Shown here: one piece after another, positions 51,990-64,000 of the stretch
How positions within the stretch are numbered: position 1 is the first letter of the stretch
Layout: every line of letters starts with the position of its first letter
Assembly: GCF_006345805.1 (NCBI RefSeq)
Contig: NC_042997.1
Span: 88,846,001-88,910,000 of the forward strand
Source of the DNA: Octopus sinensis
Taxonomy: Eukaryota
Length of the DNA: 64,000 bases
Reading direction: 5' to 3'
Notes under the pieces: model-generated
Told to the model about the DNA's origin: nothing
Database searches by the model: none
Seen by the model: only the letters and a program-made list of their open reading frames with translations
Translations under genes and position numbers: made by a program

Positions 51990-52195
51990 ACCCGAGCTGT
52001 CAGAATCGTTAGCATGCTGGACAAAATACTTACCGGCATTTCGTCCGCCCCTAAGTTCTGAGTTCAAATTCCGCCGAGGTTGACCTTGCCTTTTATCCTT
52101 TCGCAGAAGTACCAGTTGAGCATTGGGGTCGTTGTAATCGAGTTACCCTCTTCCTCAAAATTGCTGGCCTTGTGTCAAAATCTGAAACCATTACA
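51990..52195 (+). mobile_element. SINE family A monomer
   Basis: gagctgtcagaatcgttagc...gttctgagttcaaattccgccgagg...gctggccttgtgtcaaaa. Confidence 0.85.
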
Positions 52196-53366
52196 ACTTG
52201 GAGGTGTGACGAGGAGGCATTACTGGTTTAGGACTGACTCTACAGTCACGATAATGCAGTCACCCAAGTCTATCCGTGATGTGTGCTGAGTGAAGAAACT
52301 ACTGTACACGCACTCGTTCCGTGTTCGAACATTGCTAACTTTTTGGTGCTTTATCAAACAGCTATTGTCATTTCTAGAATGAATTTGGTTATATGCCGAG
52401 ATGATAATCAGAATTGCCATTTTGTATTATTTTGGTAATGAAAGACAAGTGCGTTTCTTCAGTTTATTGATCATGGCGAAAAGCATTCAACGATAAACGA
52501 AACTTAAAGAGTGAAGACTGGCACTTTCCCATTCGATGAAACCCCTCATCAATTTGTTCAAGCTCCACTTAAGGAGGACAGTTAAGCTAGGGAATAATAG
52601 ACCGCTCTTAACTTGTGCCAGTAAACGAGAAGTCACAACTGGGAGAGGGCACAAGTCCTTGTTATTTAGAATAGTTGAGTGTCTGTAAGCCTTTTGATTG
52701 CTATTAGCTGACTGTCCTGTAGTGAGCCATCTCATTTTATTCTTTTATTTACTGCTTTTTTCAGGCTTGTTTTTTTTCCGAAATCGATTCCTCGTAAACG
52801 TCGCTGTCTTTGTAAATTGTCTCTGTAACGTTTCCTCATCCGCAACCCTTGTGGCAAATAAAATACTTTTTAAATTACAAAAGCAGCTCTAATAATGTAA
52901 ACATTATCAGTCGCACAAATGTACGTGTGTTTTGTTTATATGCACGTACGTATGTGTTTTGTTTATACGCCCATTTGCTGCGAGATGACATCCTGTGAAG
53001 GATCCCTATACGACATAATGTTACCGATGTGCCGCAATAATGACAAAATATCGATATTTAACATTCTTGATTATCTCGAGGCGAGTTATCTAGCCTGGTC
53101 TGGGCATTCAGTTATTTTTAACACTCTGCCTCATGCAGGGAGCTTTCAAAGGGCGCTATCCGCAACAAATGGCGTATAAACTAAACACACACACTTTATA
53201 TGTGCGACCGATAATATGTTTTACCTATTGGCACAAGGTCATGTTTTTGTAGGGAAGAGTACACTCAAGTCAGACCTACTCAGTACGTGAATGGTATGTA
53301 TTTAGTTTTTTTTTTTAAATGGACGGATAAAAGACAAATTTGGACGTAAATCAGTATAGCATGGAA

Positions 53367-53635
53367 TTTTGCTCCGTGGTATATCATTTCTGTTACTTAT
53401 CCGGTAAGAACAGTAAGATATTTTGTTCAGTAGTATATTATCATTTCTGCTTTCCGCTTGGCAAGAATAGAGAGAGATTTTTTGCTGAGCTATATATCAT
53501 TTCTGCCACCCACCTGGAAGAATATAGAAAGCTTTTTGCCCTGTGGAATATCATTTATGCTTTCTTCCTGGCAGAATACTGCTAGATGTTTTGTTCAGTA
53601 GTATATCATTTCTGCTATCCTCCTGTCAGAATATC
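53367..53635. repeat. Degenerate tandem repeat, about five units of ~55 bp
   Basis: Recurring ttttg(c/t)t...tatatcatttctgc...gaata motif. Confidence 0.8.
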
Positions 53636-54691
53636 AGCTCGTAATCTGCTGTCCTAAACTTGCACCGGGAGGCCAGAGGACACAGCTAAGAAGGGCCATC
53701 AACTTGGACTTTACTCAAATGACAAAAATTTTGTACTGGGATATTTCTCCCAACACTTCCCCATGTAACAAAAACAACAACAACAATGTAAAATAGATAA
53801 ATAAAAACATCACTTTCAAATAATTTTTGTAATTTTTGTTTCTTTTTATTTGGCTTAAATTTGAAAAAAAAAACAAAACAAAATAAAAAGGAACATATTT
53901 ATACAACTAACGTGTAAACCCAACAACAAAAAATAACATTAATATTAACATAATCATCATCTTCATCATCATCATCATCATCATCATCGTCATCATCATC
54001 ATTATCATCATGATCATCACCATCATCATCTATATCATCATCATCATCATCATAAACAACAGCAACAACAACCGTAACAGACTATTTTGTTTTGTTTGTT
54101 TTGCTGTTGTGCTTTTTTTTTTTTTATCTCTCTTCTATTTTTATTACAGGTAACCAAAGTCATTAAGCTGCGAGACGTTTTAAGATGTAGCTAAATACGT
54201 AAATGCTGTGAACCTATCGATTAAATAAATGAAATGAAAAAGAGAAGAAAAAAAATGTAGAAATATATCACACACGTTCTAATTTTCGAGATCTCCTGCA
54301 GGATGCCGGTCCGATAGCGAGAAGAAAAAAATGAGTATTATGAATTGAGTGTGTGTGTGTGTGTGTGTGAATGTGGATCGAAGAATATAATATATTACTT
54401 TAAAAGAATTGATTAAGACTTATAAGGAATCTCCCTCAGTGAAATGTTTATAATATTCCTAACAATTCATTGAACATAATTGAATACTATTGCAGACGAT
54501 TACCTGAAAATGTCGACCATCCCACCATTTAGAAAGAAGTAGTCAAACCACTTATTTTACGTCTTTCTCTCCAGATGTCAACAATATGCGTTTGCGTATG
54601 TATGTATTATGTACATACATACACATAGAGAAAGATGAACGGGAATATACATGTGTGTGTAAACACAGATTTACATAAATTTGTATGTGTG

Positions 54692-54728
<37 letters not shown>

Positions 54729-55570
54729 CACACACACCTTTATTTTTACTTGTTTTATACATACATGTATGAATTTGTGTGTGTGTGTGTGCATATATAC
54801 GTATGTATGAATTGTTTCATGTCAGTTGATTTTGAATTGCCCTAATTGATACACATACACACACGCACACAGACACACATACACGCTCACGCACACATAC
54901 ACACACAAATACATACGTACTTGTACGGGAATGTCTGTGTGCTCATGTGCGTGTGTGTGTGTGCGTTTGTTTGTGTGAGATTGTTCGTTTACATGCGAGT
55001 GTATTCATGGGAATACATGTATATTGAGCCCTTTAAAACGTTAAAACTAACATATATATGAAAAAAAAACCCCAACGTAAATGAGAACGAAATGGGTGGA
55101 TGAATTTTGGGTGGAGCTCAATACAGAACAAAGAATGAGAAATGTTAAAATATTCAAATAAATGCTCCTTTGTATAAATGAAAGTAGTAAGTGAACAAAG
55201 TAAAGATTCTATAATTGAGATAAGATTATTCTAATAAGTGTTGCGATCGTCTGCATTGTTTATTACCTATTTATTTATATAGGCATATACATAGTTACAG
55301 GCACACATACATATTATTAAAGGAAATGGACACAAAATGAAGAAAACACGGCACAGGATGGACAAGCTTTAGTAAATGTATTAACTTTATGTGTATATAT
55401 ATATATTATATGTATGTAAGAATGTCTGTATGTATACACACACAAACACACACATATATTTACATGTACGTATGAATATAGAATAAGAAAGTGAAAGAAT
55501 TCGGAACATTTTCAGACGCATGAAATTTTTGTCGTGGAATTCATTTGAAAAGAATACATTTATACAAATA

Positions 55571-55649
<79 letters not shown>

Positions 55650-55944
55650 CTCCAAACATATACAGGCCCACTCATACATATTCTGCATACCTACACACAA
55701 AGACACTCAAAGACCAAGAGTTTCGTGTAGTGGCAATTGTTAAGTGCGAATGTACGAAACTCTCAGACCTTGACTGACTTTGTAATTTCTGCTGATTAAA
55801 GATTTTACACACGCGCGGGCGGGTATATATACACACACATGCACACACACACTCACACACACACACACACACAAACACATATATTACGTCATCGACGAGA
55901 CCACTGGATGTTGTTATACATCGCTTGTCACAATGCGCTTTGCG

Positions 55945-56118
55945 TCGTTGCAACGTTTTCGAACGATGCCACTCCGCTGGGTTACCTATTTACAGCTGAG
56001 TGGACTGGAGCAACGTGAGATGAAGTGTTTTGCTCAAGAACACAGTGCACCGCCCGATCAGTGAATCGATCTAGCAACCGTGAGTGCAACACCCTAACCA
56101 TTAAATTACGCGCCTTCA
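55945..56118 (-). mobile_element. SINE family C (5' part)
   Basis: agtgttttgctcaagaacac...gtgagtgcaacaccctaaccatt...cgcgccttc is the reverse of the family C head and core. Confidence 0.75.
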
Positions 56119-57399
56119 CTCACACGCATCACGCACGCGCGCACACACAAACACATGTATTTTTGCTTTGAGTTATGTTTTCTTGTTTGTATTACCAAAC
56201 CTTTACAGACACGCACACACACACACATAGCTAGATAGATAGACATACACATGTGTCAGCGAGTGTATGGGTGTGTATATGCGTATGTATGCATGTATGC
56301 ATGTATGCACGTATATATGTATGTATATATGTATGTATCTGTATATGACTATATTATCTCATGAGACTAATTCCCTTATTAAGACGGTTTGCATTGATTT
56401 AGAAGAGATCTTGAGTACCTATGTTTTCTAGCAGATCAAGCAACCACTTGCTGGATTCTTCACTGACTCAACAATCATAAGTGTGTGTGTGTGTGTGTGT
56501 GTGTATATACGTATGCGTGTGTGTGTATGTGTACGGGAGGAGGTGCGTGCGCGTGTGTCGCACCTAATTCAGCTGTCGCGTTATAGATAGAAACTAACTC
56601 AATTCCTCAAGATACAATTGGTCATGAAGATGTCTTGTTAACAAAATGTTTTGCAGTGTAAAAGAACCATAAATAAATAAATACATAAATAAATAAATAA
56701 ATAAATAATGTTAAATTTCATGATGTATCTTTTGTTTCGTTTACTTTGTGTCTTTTCAGTTTGTGCGCGTGTATACGTGTGAGTTTCCAGAACTAAAATA
56801 GCTGTTGGTATGTTAGTTAAAGAGAGCAACACATAAGACATTCATTGAGTCAGTCAGTCATTCTATAAAATTCCCTAAAGATTAAAATCTCAAAATAATA
56901 TTTACATTTGGAAATAAAATATTTTTACAATTAACGTCAGTCTCGAATGTTTTTTTATTTCGTTTCCTTAATTCTTTTTTATCTTACTTTTACTGTCGTA
57001 TTTCTATCCTCCTCCTCCGCCTCGCCCCGGCTCCAATCACGCTTTCTGTTTCTCGAAATCTGGTTTCAAAGACAACAGGGGCGAGGCATGTTATTGTTAA
57101 GCATTACCAAGGCAGCTCTGAGAATGGCATATGACCAATGGATTTCCAGCTCTGACCTTCACGTCAATTTTGTTGTTGTTGTTAGACGTACTCTATCCAC
57201 AACCACATGATTCAATGAGATTTGAGGTAGATTTGGCTGCTATCTATAACATGTAGGGCGACTGACTGCGTATAGCTCTCCCTATTGCTGCTGTTTTTGC
57301 TAATGTTGCTGTTAACGTCGTACAAAAGCTGTAGAGCTCTGGGCTAACGGTATTTCAGTATTTAGTTATAACCTGTGTCGACGAAACTATCAGATGTAT

Positions 57400-57637
57400 T
57401 TACAAAGCGCTTCCTCCTTTATTGTAGCTTACGAATGATGGTTAGGCGAACAGGCCATCATTCTCCCTGAACGAAACACCGGTCTGTTTCAGAATCACCT
57501 ATTTTACTGCAGAGTGCACTGCAGCAACATAAAACGAAGTGTTTTGCTCATAGACACAATGCACTGCCGATCTGGAAATCGAAACCACGATCATGCGAGC
57601 GTGAGTGCCACACACTAACCACTAGATCACGCGCCTT
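57400..57637 (-). mobile_element. SINE family C
   Basis: aagtgttttgctcatagacac...gcgtgagtgccacacactaaccactagatcacgcgcc. Confidence 0.75.
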
Positions 57638-57712
57638 TTGTATAGATGCAGCATTGCCGAATGGTTAAAAACTTGGATCCCATTTTGTGGTATTTTAGGA
57701 AAATTACCATAC

Positions 57713-57787
57713 CTTGGGTCACCTTAGGCATTGTGAGTGAAAGTAAGTTGACACAAACTCTGTGGAAGACCATCGGATGGATTAAAC
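57713..57787 (-). CDS. Candidate 75-nt symmetric exon, (G)LIHPMVFHRVCVNLLSLTMPKVTQ(G)
   Basis: Minus strand: cctttcagttacag|GTTTAATC...GACCCAAG|gtatgg, open in phase 1-1. No recognised homology. Confidence 0.3.
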
Positions 57788-57969
57788 CTGTAACTGAAAG
57801 GACCGTGTCTGTGGAATACTTCGTCACACACACACGCTAATTCAATAATCGGGTAATTCAGTTGATCAAACAACTGAATAGTCATCATCGAAGCCGACAG
57901 ATATCCATTTTTTGAAACCTTCCAGGGTCTGATATTCAAAGTCACCCTTCCTTGTTCAAATCAAACATT

Positions 57970-58160
57970 AGTTTCAAAATTTGGCATAAGGCCAGGAAGT
58001 TCGGGGGAGGAGGTAAGTCGTTTAAATCGATCCCAAGTTCTCAATTGGTTTATCAACCCCGAAAGGATGAAAGGCAAATTTGAATTCAGGATGTAAGACG
58101 GAGGAAATGCCCTAAGTATTTTGCCCAGCTTGCAAACGATTCTGCCAGCTCGCTGCCTTT
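57970..58160 (-). mobile_element. SINE family A monomer (internally deleted)
   Basis: tttcaaaatttggcataaggcc...cgaaaggatgaaaggc...attctgccagctcgctgcc. Confidence 0.8.
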
Positions 58161-58504
58161 GTTCAAATTAAATATTAATTAATTATTACGTTGACGCAGG
58201 TGGTAATAACTATTGCTTTTGTGCCATAGTAAGATATGTTATTGCTGTTAAGTTTGTAATGAATTCAGTTGTGGTTGTAGTGTTATTGGTTGTAGTGTTA
58301 TTGGTTGTGATAAGAGTAATGATTGTTGTGGCTTTTGTGGTTGCGATTGTGATTCTATTAGTGGTGATAGGTTAATATCGTAGAGCATACAGGTATGTTA
58401 AGAAAATGCAAGTTTAAATAGGGAATAGTTATGTGTGCGTCCGTGCGTGCGTGTATGTGTGCGTGTGTGTGTGTGTAAATATATGTAAATAATATCTACA
58501 AGTC

Positions 58505-58657
<153 letters not shown>

Positions 58658-61577
58658 AGTATGTATACAAGCACACAAACACTGATATGCATACTTACTC
58701 TAATCGTTTTTGAAGATGATACTAAGCTTTTAGTTAAGTGGCGCCTCCTACGTAATTAAATATCACCTGGCGGTGAAATCTAAATTTAATATTAGCACAT
58801 GTCGAAAGTTTGGTATAGTAAAACATCACGCCATAAAACAATGTATTTAAAATTCTTATAGCAGTTGTATATGTATATGTAAGCAGTTGTATATGTATGT
58901 ATGTACGTATGTGTGTATGTATGTATGTATGTATGTATGTATGTATGTATGTATGTATGTATGTATGTATGTATGTATGTATGTATGTATGTATGTATGT
59001 ATGCATGCATGCATGTATGAATGTATATACACACAAACATACTTATATACATACATACATACATACATACATACATACATACATACATACATACATACAT
59101 ACATACATACATACAGTGATAATTATAACTCTATGTTTGTTTTGGATAGTTTTTCATATGACGTATAACATAACTAAGCAATTTCTTCAATTATTTTATC
59201 AGATCTTGTTAAGTAGAGTGCAGCTATCAACTTTTTGAGACAAATATATGTCTAACTTCATATATCTCTTCTATTTATCACTTCTCACGTCATGAATCTT
59301 ATAGCAAATACAATCTGATATCATTGTTAGAACAGTATTGCCAGTGCCAGAGAAACCGACATTTCCGAGTTGTTATTTCAATATTCTTGTCTTTATTTCT
59401 TAAAGGTGTGTTGGTAACAGGATGTGATTATGAGACCGTTATGCTTTTCTCAAGACAATTGCTAGCTGCTTGTGTTTAGCTTCAGTTTCTGCGGAGTTAA
59501 AGTAAGTGATTGACAAACCTTCCCGCCTCCCCCAAGTTAATATATCTGGAAGGACTTCTCAGCAGCAAGATTACGTTAACTACAGCAATATACAATTAGG
59601 TGACACAAGTAAACTCATACTCGCTGTAGATCGGTTGATAGTTCATTACCTTTTCCATTCAACATATCAACATTGTAGTAGATAATCTAAACTGGGTTGC
59701 AAATTCGGACCACGAGGATCTTATCACTACTCGATGGCACTCACAATACAGTATGTATAAATATTATCCATCATTCTGCATTCCAAAGTATGAAGCAGTC
59801 AAGAGAGTAAAGATCAGTTGCAATTAGGTGATTACTTTATAATAAAACAATAAAATATACAGACTGAAAGGTAGCTTAGTGCATGATGAGGTTTTCGGTG
59901 ACCTAGTGTTTCACTTCTCTCAGTAATGAATTTTGAAATGGTGTATACGTTACAAGCACTCGTTCTCACATGGCTGATCAAGTGTGCGTTTATGTTTGAG
60001 CTTTTGTGTATGTTTATGAGTTTAATTTTAAAGAAGGTGAAAAACCATCAAAAAGCTAAAATCAGAGGAATCTGGTTTAAGATTTTGATGTTTAAAGTTC
60101 TAAATGAGCAGGAGTTGATCTTGTTTTTCATCCCTGTAGGGCCAAGGTTAGAAATAGTTTTAAATATGACTCAAAGCTGTTATTTAGCTCTTATATGTCG
60201 CCGATGTATTAACTATCTAATTTATGGGCCAATAAGGATGAAAGCTAAAGTCAGGTTTTGCTATCAGAACCTTAGATACTAACCTGGAGACTGTGAAATA
60301 TCTTGGCCTGTCTCCATCAACTGCAGCAGTTCTTTTGCCCTACAATCAGTCAAATGTTGTTTAGTTTAAATGAACATGAAAGGAATAGTGTGACACGGTG
60401 AACAAAGTTTTACCCATTGAAGTAAAAACGGAAAATGAAATCAGATGGCTTCTCAGAGAAATTACTTTCTGAACTCTAGTAAAATATCATTTCTAGCACA
60501 AACACGAAATCTCGTACCTTTCTTAATAAGGAGAACGACATGACTGTCACATGGCCAACGAAACATGCTAACTTCTCTTTTGTTCGATATTAAGGCAGGG
60601 ATAGATATTAGTGTCCCTATTAATCTAGAGTTTATGTCCACGAGAATTACTTTTATATGTTTCAGTGGCAGCGACGCATCCTCAAGCTCTACTAGTTAGT
60701 TGGAACCTCACCGAAGAGTTCATTTTGATGTAATGAATCTTAGGCAAATTAACCCATCTATTTCTTTGTTACTATAATCTACAGGATTTGAACTTTACTC
60801 TAAGCTGTCAAGAAACTGATCAAAATAAACACAGTGCTCTCATCACCTGACACTTAGGGGGAATAAACAATAGGAAAATGTTGGAAAAAGAAACACTGTA
60901 GTACCGATGACGCTATTGTCTCTGCCTGCAACTACACAACTTAGACAACGAATGAGTGTCTAACAGGACACCGACGTGACTTCGAATTTCTCGAAGAAAA
61001 CAGAATACTAGTATCATTCAATTAAATGGGATAATACCTTGCAAAGTATTTATCTTTATATATATTAGTTTAATTTGACTAGAAATAAACGACATTATAT
61101 TTTTAAGGGTGGGAGGAAAATAACGTTGAGAAGTAAATGCCTTCCTGAAAGTCAGTTGTAGCATAAGTGAGAGCAGCCGTGGCTCCAGCGAGTGCTTAAA
61201 TTCGTTCTCCAGGAATTAAGCACTAGGGTGCATGTCATTTAAATTTAAACTAAATAAGCAGTTTTTCGTTTATTACTTGGACACAAAAGCACAAAATAAA
61301 TAATAGCGACAATGATATATGACATTCTGCCATTCTCGAGAGAAAGTGTGGGGCAAGTGATGTAACTAGTAAAGCCAGTTCACTCCACTTAATAAGTACT
61401 AAAATAAGTATCGGCCAAGTACTCAGAATGTTATAATCGACTCTACCTCTCCCTTCAAAATATATGACATTGTGCTTCTGTTAAAATCATTAAACACATA
61501 CCTACACCTAGATGTGTGTGTATTTGTGTGATTATATAGGTATATATGTATGTGTATATATGTATGTGTGTGTGTAT

Positions 61578-61619
<42 letters not shown>

Positions 61620-61802
61620 ATTATATATATATTATATATACATATGCATATACATGTACATATACATATATATGTATGTATGTACGTACGTATGAATGTA
61701 TGAATGTGTGTGTGTGTGAGTGTATTTATACATGATAAAGGTAGCTAGACGCAATATAAAACCAAAATGGAAGAATTGCATTTATTTTTTACATGTACAT
61801 AT

Positions 61803-61879
<77 letters not shown>

Positions 61880-61992
61880 TACATATACATATATACATAC
61901 ATATATATAAGTATGGTAAACGCATATGTGTGTGTACATATGTGCGTATAAATATATGTTCGTGCGTGTATATATATATATGTATATATATA

Positions 61993-62084
<92 letters not shown>

Positions 62085-62175
62085 TAAGGAAAATTTTTTT
62101 TAAAAATGCAGAATGCTCAAATGAAAGAAAATTTTAATTAAATGAGAAAATGATAAAATATATAAATATATATTT

Positions 62176-62214
62176 ATTCAACCGGTTTTCGTCATGGTAT
62201 GACTTGTCAAGAAT
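62176..62214 (-). ncRNA. HHR-like motif with a U3-A8 core (mirror of 62793-62831)
   Basis: attc-TTGACAA-gtcat-acc-atgac-GAAA-accggt-T-gaat; one extra A between GAA and stem III. Confidence 0.5.
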
Positions 62215-62792
62215 ATTTATGTTTTAAGAAGTTTTTTTAAAAATTAGAAAGGGGAAAAAAAGAAAATTGCATTGTTTTTTGTAAAAGAATAATGATAAAA
62301 ATGTACAAAAATTAAAAAATAAGTTCTCCGATACATTGTGAGTTCGTTGTGTATCTTGAGTTTTATGGTTGTTTACGAAAAAATTACCTTGAGGTGTTAA
62401 GATCCAAAGGGATTAAGAGCATGTGTTGTGTTGTGTTGTTAAATTCAGTATGTTTGCATGACAGGAAGTAGTAGTAATTGTGGTCCTGGTTCTTCAGTTC
62501 CACACAGGAACTGAAGAACCAGGACCACAATTACTACTACTTCCTGTCATGCAAACATACTGAATTTAACAACACAACACAACACATGCTCTTAATCCCT
62601 TTGGATCTTAACACCTCAAGGTAATTTTTTCGTAAACAACCATAAAACTCAAGATACACAACGAACTCACAATGTATCGGAGAACTTATTTTTTAATTTT
62701 TGTACATTTTTATCATTATTCTTTTACAAAAACAATGCAATTTTCTTTTTTTCCCCTTTCTAATTTTTAAAAAAACTTCTTAAAACATAAAT

Positions 62793-62831
62793 ATTCTTGA
62801 CAAGTCATACAATGACGAAAACCGGTTGAAT
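62793..62831 (+). ncRNA. HHR-like motif with a U3-A8 core
   Basis: attc-TTGACAA-gtcat-aca-atgac-GAAA-accggt-T-gaat: 4-bp stem I, 5-bp stem II, palindromic stem III; one extra A relative to the canonical core. Confidence 0.5.
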
Positions 62832-62969
62832 AAATATATATTTATATATTTTATCATTTTATCATTTTATTAAAATTTTCTTTCATTTGAGCATTCTGCA
62901 TTTAAAAAAAAAATTTCCTTACTTATCATTTCTCCACGTGCGGTCAACACAACCCACCATTTATTGATC

Positions 62970-63007
<38 letters not shown>

Positions 63008-63243
63008 ATAAATTATAGATGTTATTACAATACAATAGTATTATTTTCAGTGAAGCTTTACATAGAGTCATATGGTTATTAACTGCTATTTCCAGTAAAA
63101 ATTGGCACCTTGTACCACTATTTCGAAAATCGATAAAGGTGTTGTTCATCGCTTTTTCAGTCTGCGGAGAAATGGCTAAAATTTGCCCTCTTCATAATTA
63201 TGCCATATGTTATATATTATATATATATATATATATAATATAT

Positions 63244-63287
<44 letters not shown>

Positions 63288-63299
63288 ATATATACATAC

Positions 63300-63332
<33 letters not shown>

Positions 63333-63581
63333 TGTATGTATGTATGTATGTATGTATGTATGTATGTATATATATAATGGGTGGTTTGCTGATTGCATCC
63401 CTGAAGACTAGACCGAAAAGAAGGACTCAGAATACGAGACCAATTTATGTAAGTATATACATGACTGTTGTGCTGTTATTTCGATGCTTATGCATTTCTT
63501 TCAAAGATGTATCTTTAATATACGTATATGTTGAAACAATCGCACAACTTTCAGGTACATATGCATGCATATGTATGCATG

Positions 63582-63637
<56 letters not shown>

Positions 63638-64000
63638 AATGAAAAATGCAGTAACATCAAAAGATTCGAACATTTAAGTATTCATGTGTGTGTGTGTGTA
63701 TGTGCGTGTCTGTGTCTGTATGTGTGTGCGTGTGTGTCTTTATATGTGTGTATGTGTGTTTGTGTGTGTGTTTGTGTGTGTGTGCGTGTGTGTGTGTGCG
63801 CGTGTGTGTGTTTGTGCGTTTGTGTCAATGTGTGTGCCATTATGTAATATATAGTTACGTCACAGTCATCAACTATCTCTGAGATGTTTTGTTATTTCTC
63901 CATCAGAAATTAAATCGGTTGGGAAAATAAATTACGTTTTTTGTATTTTTCCAACTGTTTTAGTTCATCCATGATTTTATCCAAATACACAATTGCAGTC

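Larger units (their letters stand above)
62081..62925. mobile_element. Near-perfect fold-back of a 5'-truncated PLE 3' end (arms 62081-62501 and 62507-62925; 5-nt loop acaca)
   Basis: The arms differ by a few bases. The right arm encodes a decayed GIY-YIG C-terminus-like stretch (QTY*I...HALNPFG-LN, cf. E.YWI...P.GLN) then an HHR-like motif. (TA)n lies on both sides. Confidence 0.8.

Noticed and set aside
54150-54197. Strong + strand splice acceptor followed by a short segment
   Set aside because: Stops in all three frames and no partner exons identified.
57860-57950. Minus-strand peptide KGDFEYQTLEGFKKWISVGFDDDY
   Set aside because: Protein-like, but lacks credible splice sites and a recognised family.
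59900-60350. Possible LINE RT relic (DFS..FD..FH-like) on the minus strand
   Set aside because: Needs an assumed deletion to match the motif; insufficient evidence.

Overview
This is very AT-rich, repeat-saturated animal DNA. The repeat repertoire (tRNA-derived SINE families, (TA)n/(CA)n/(TACA)n/(AAT)n microsatellites) looks like an octopus genome; this is recognition from the sequence, not a database result. No intact host gene is visible, only a few low-confidence exon candidates on the minus strand, so the window is probably intronic or intergenic. Most ORFs in the track are microsatellite translations. Supported elements are: a Neptune-like Penelope-like retroelement (PLE) RT-thumb/GIY-YIG fragment arranged as a 2.4-kb head-to-head fold-back (15480-17906); a second PLE-end fold-back (62081-62925); a 1222-bp-arm inverted duplication (12033-14892); several other inverted PLE-type terminal repeats in (TA)n; several hammerhead ribozyme (HHR) motifs; two R4/Dong-like LINE relics; a decayed hAT (Buster/Charlie-type) transposon with nested insertions; Merlin-like and mariner MITEs; a non-autonomous Helitron; and many SINEs, including a multimeric SINE with a 13-bp target-site duplication (TSD). 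The most interesting signal is a recurring (TA)n-embedded fold-back PLE architecture. Two such fold-backs carry HHR cores with a compensatory U3-A8 pair and share a CCACGTGC tail, and one host inverted duplication ends exactly at an HHR-bearing PLE-like end.
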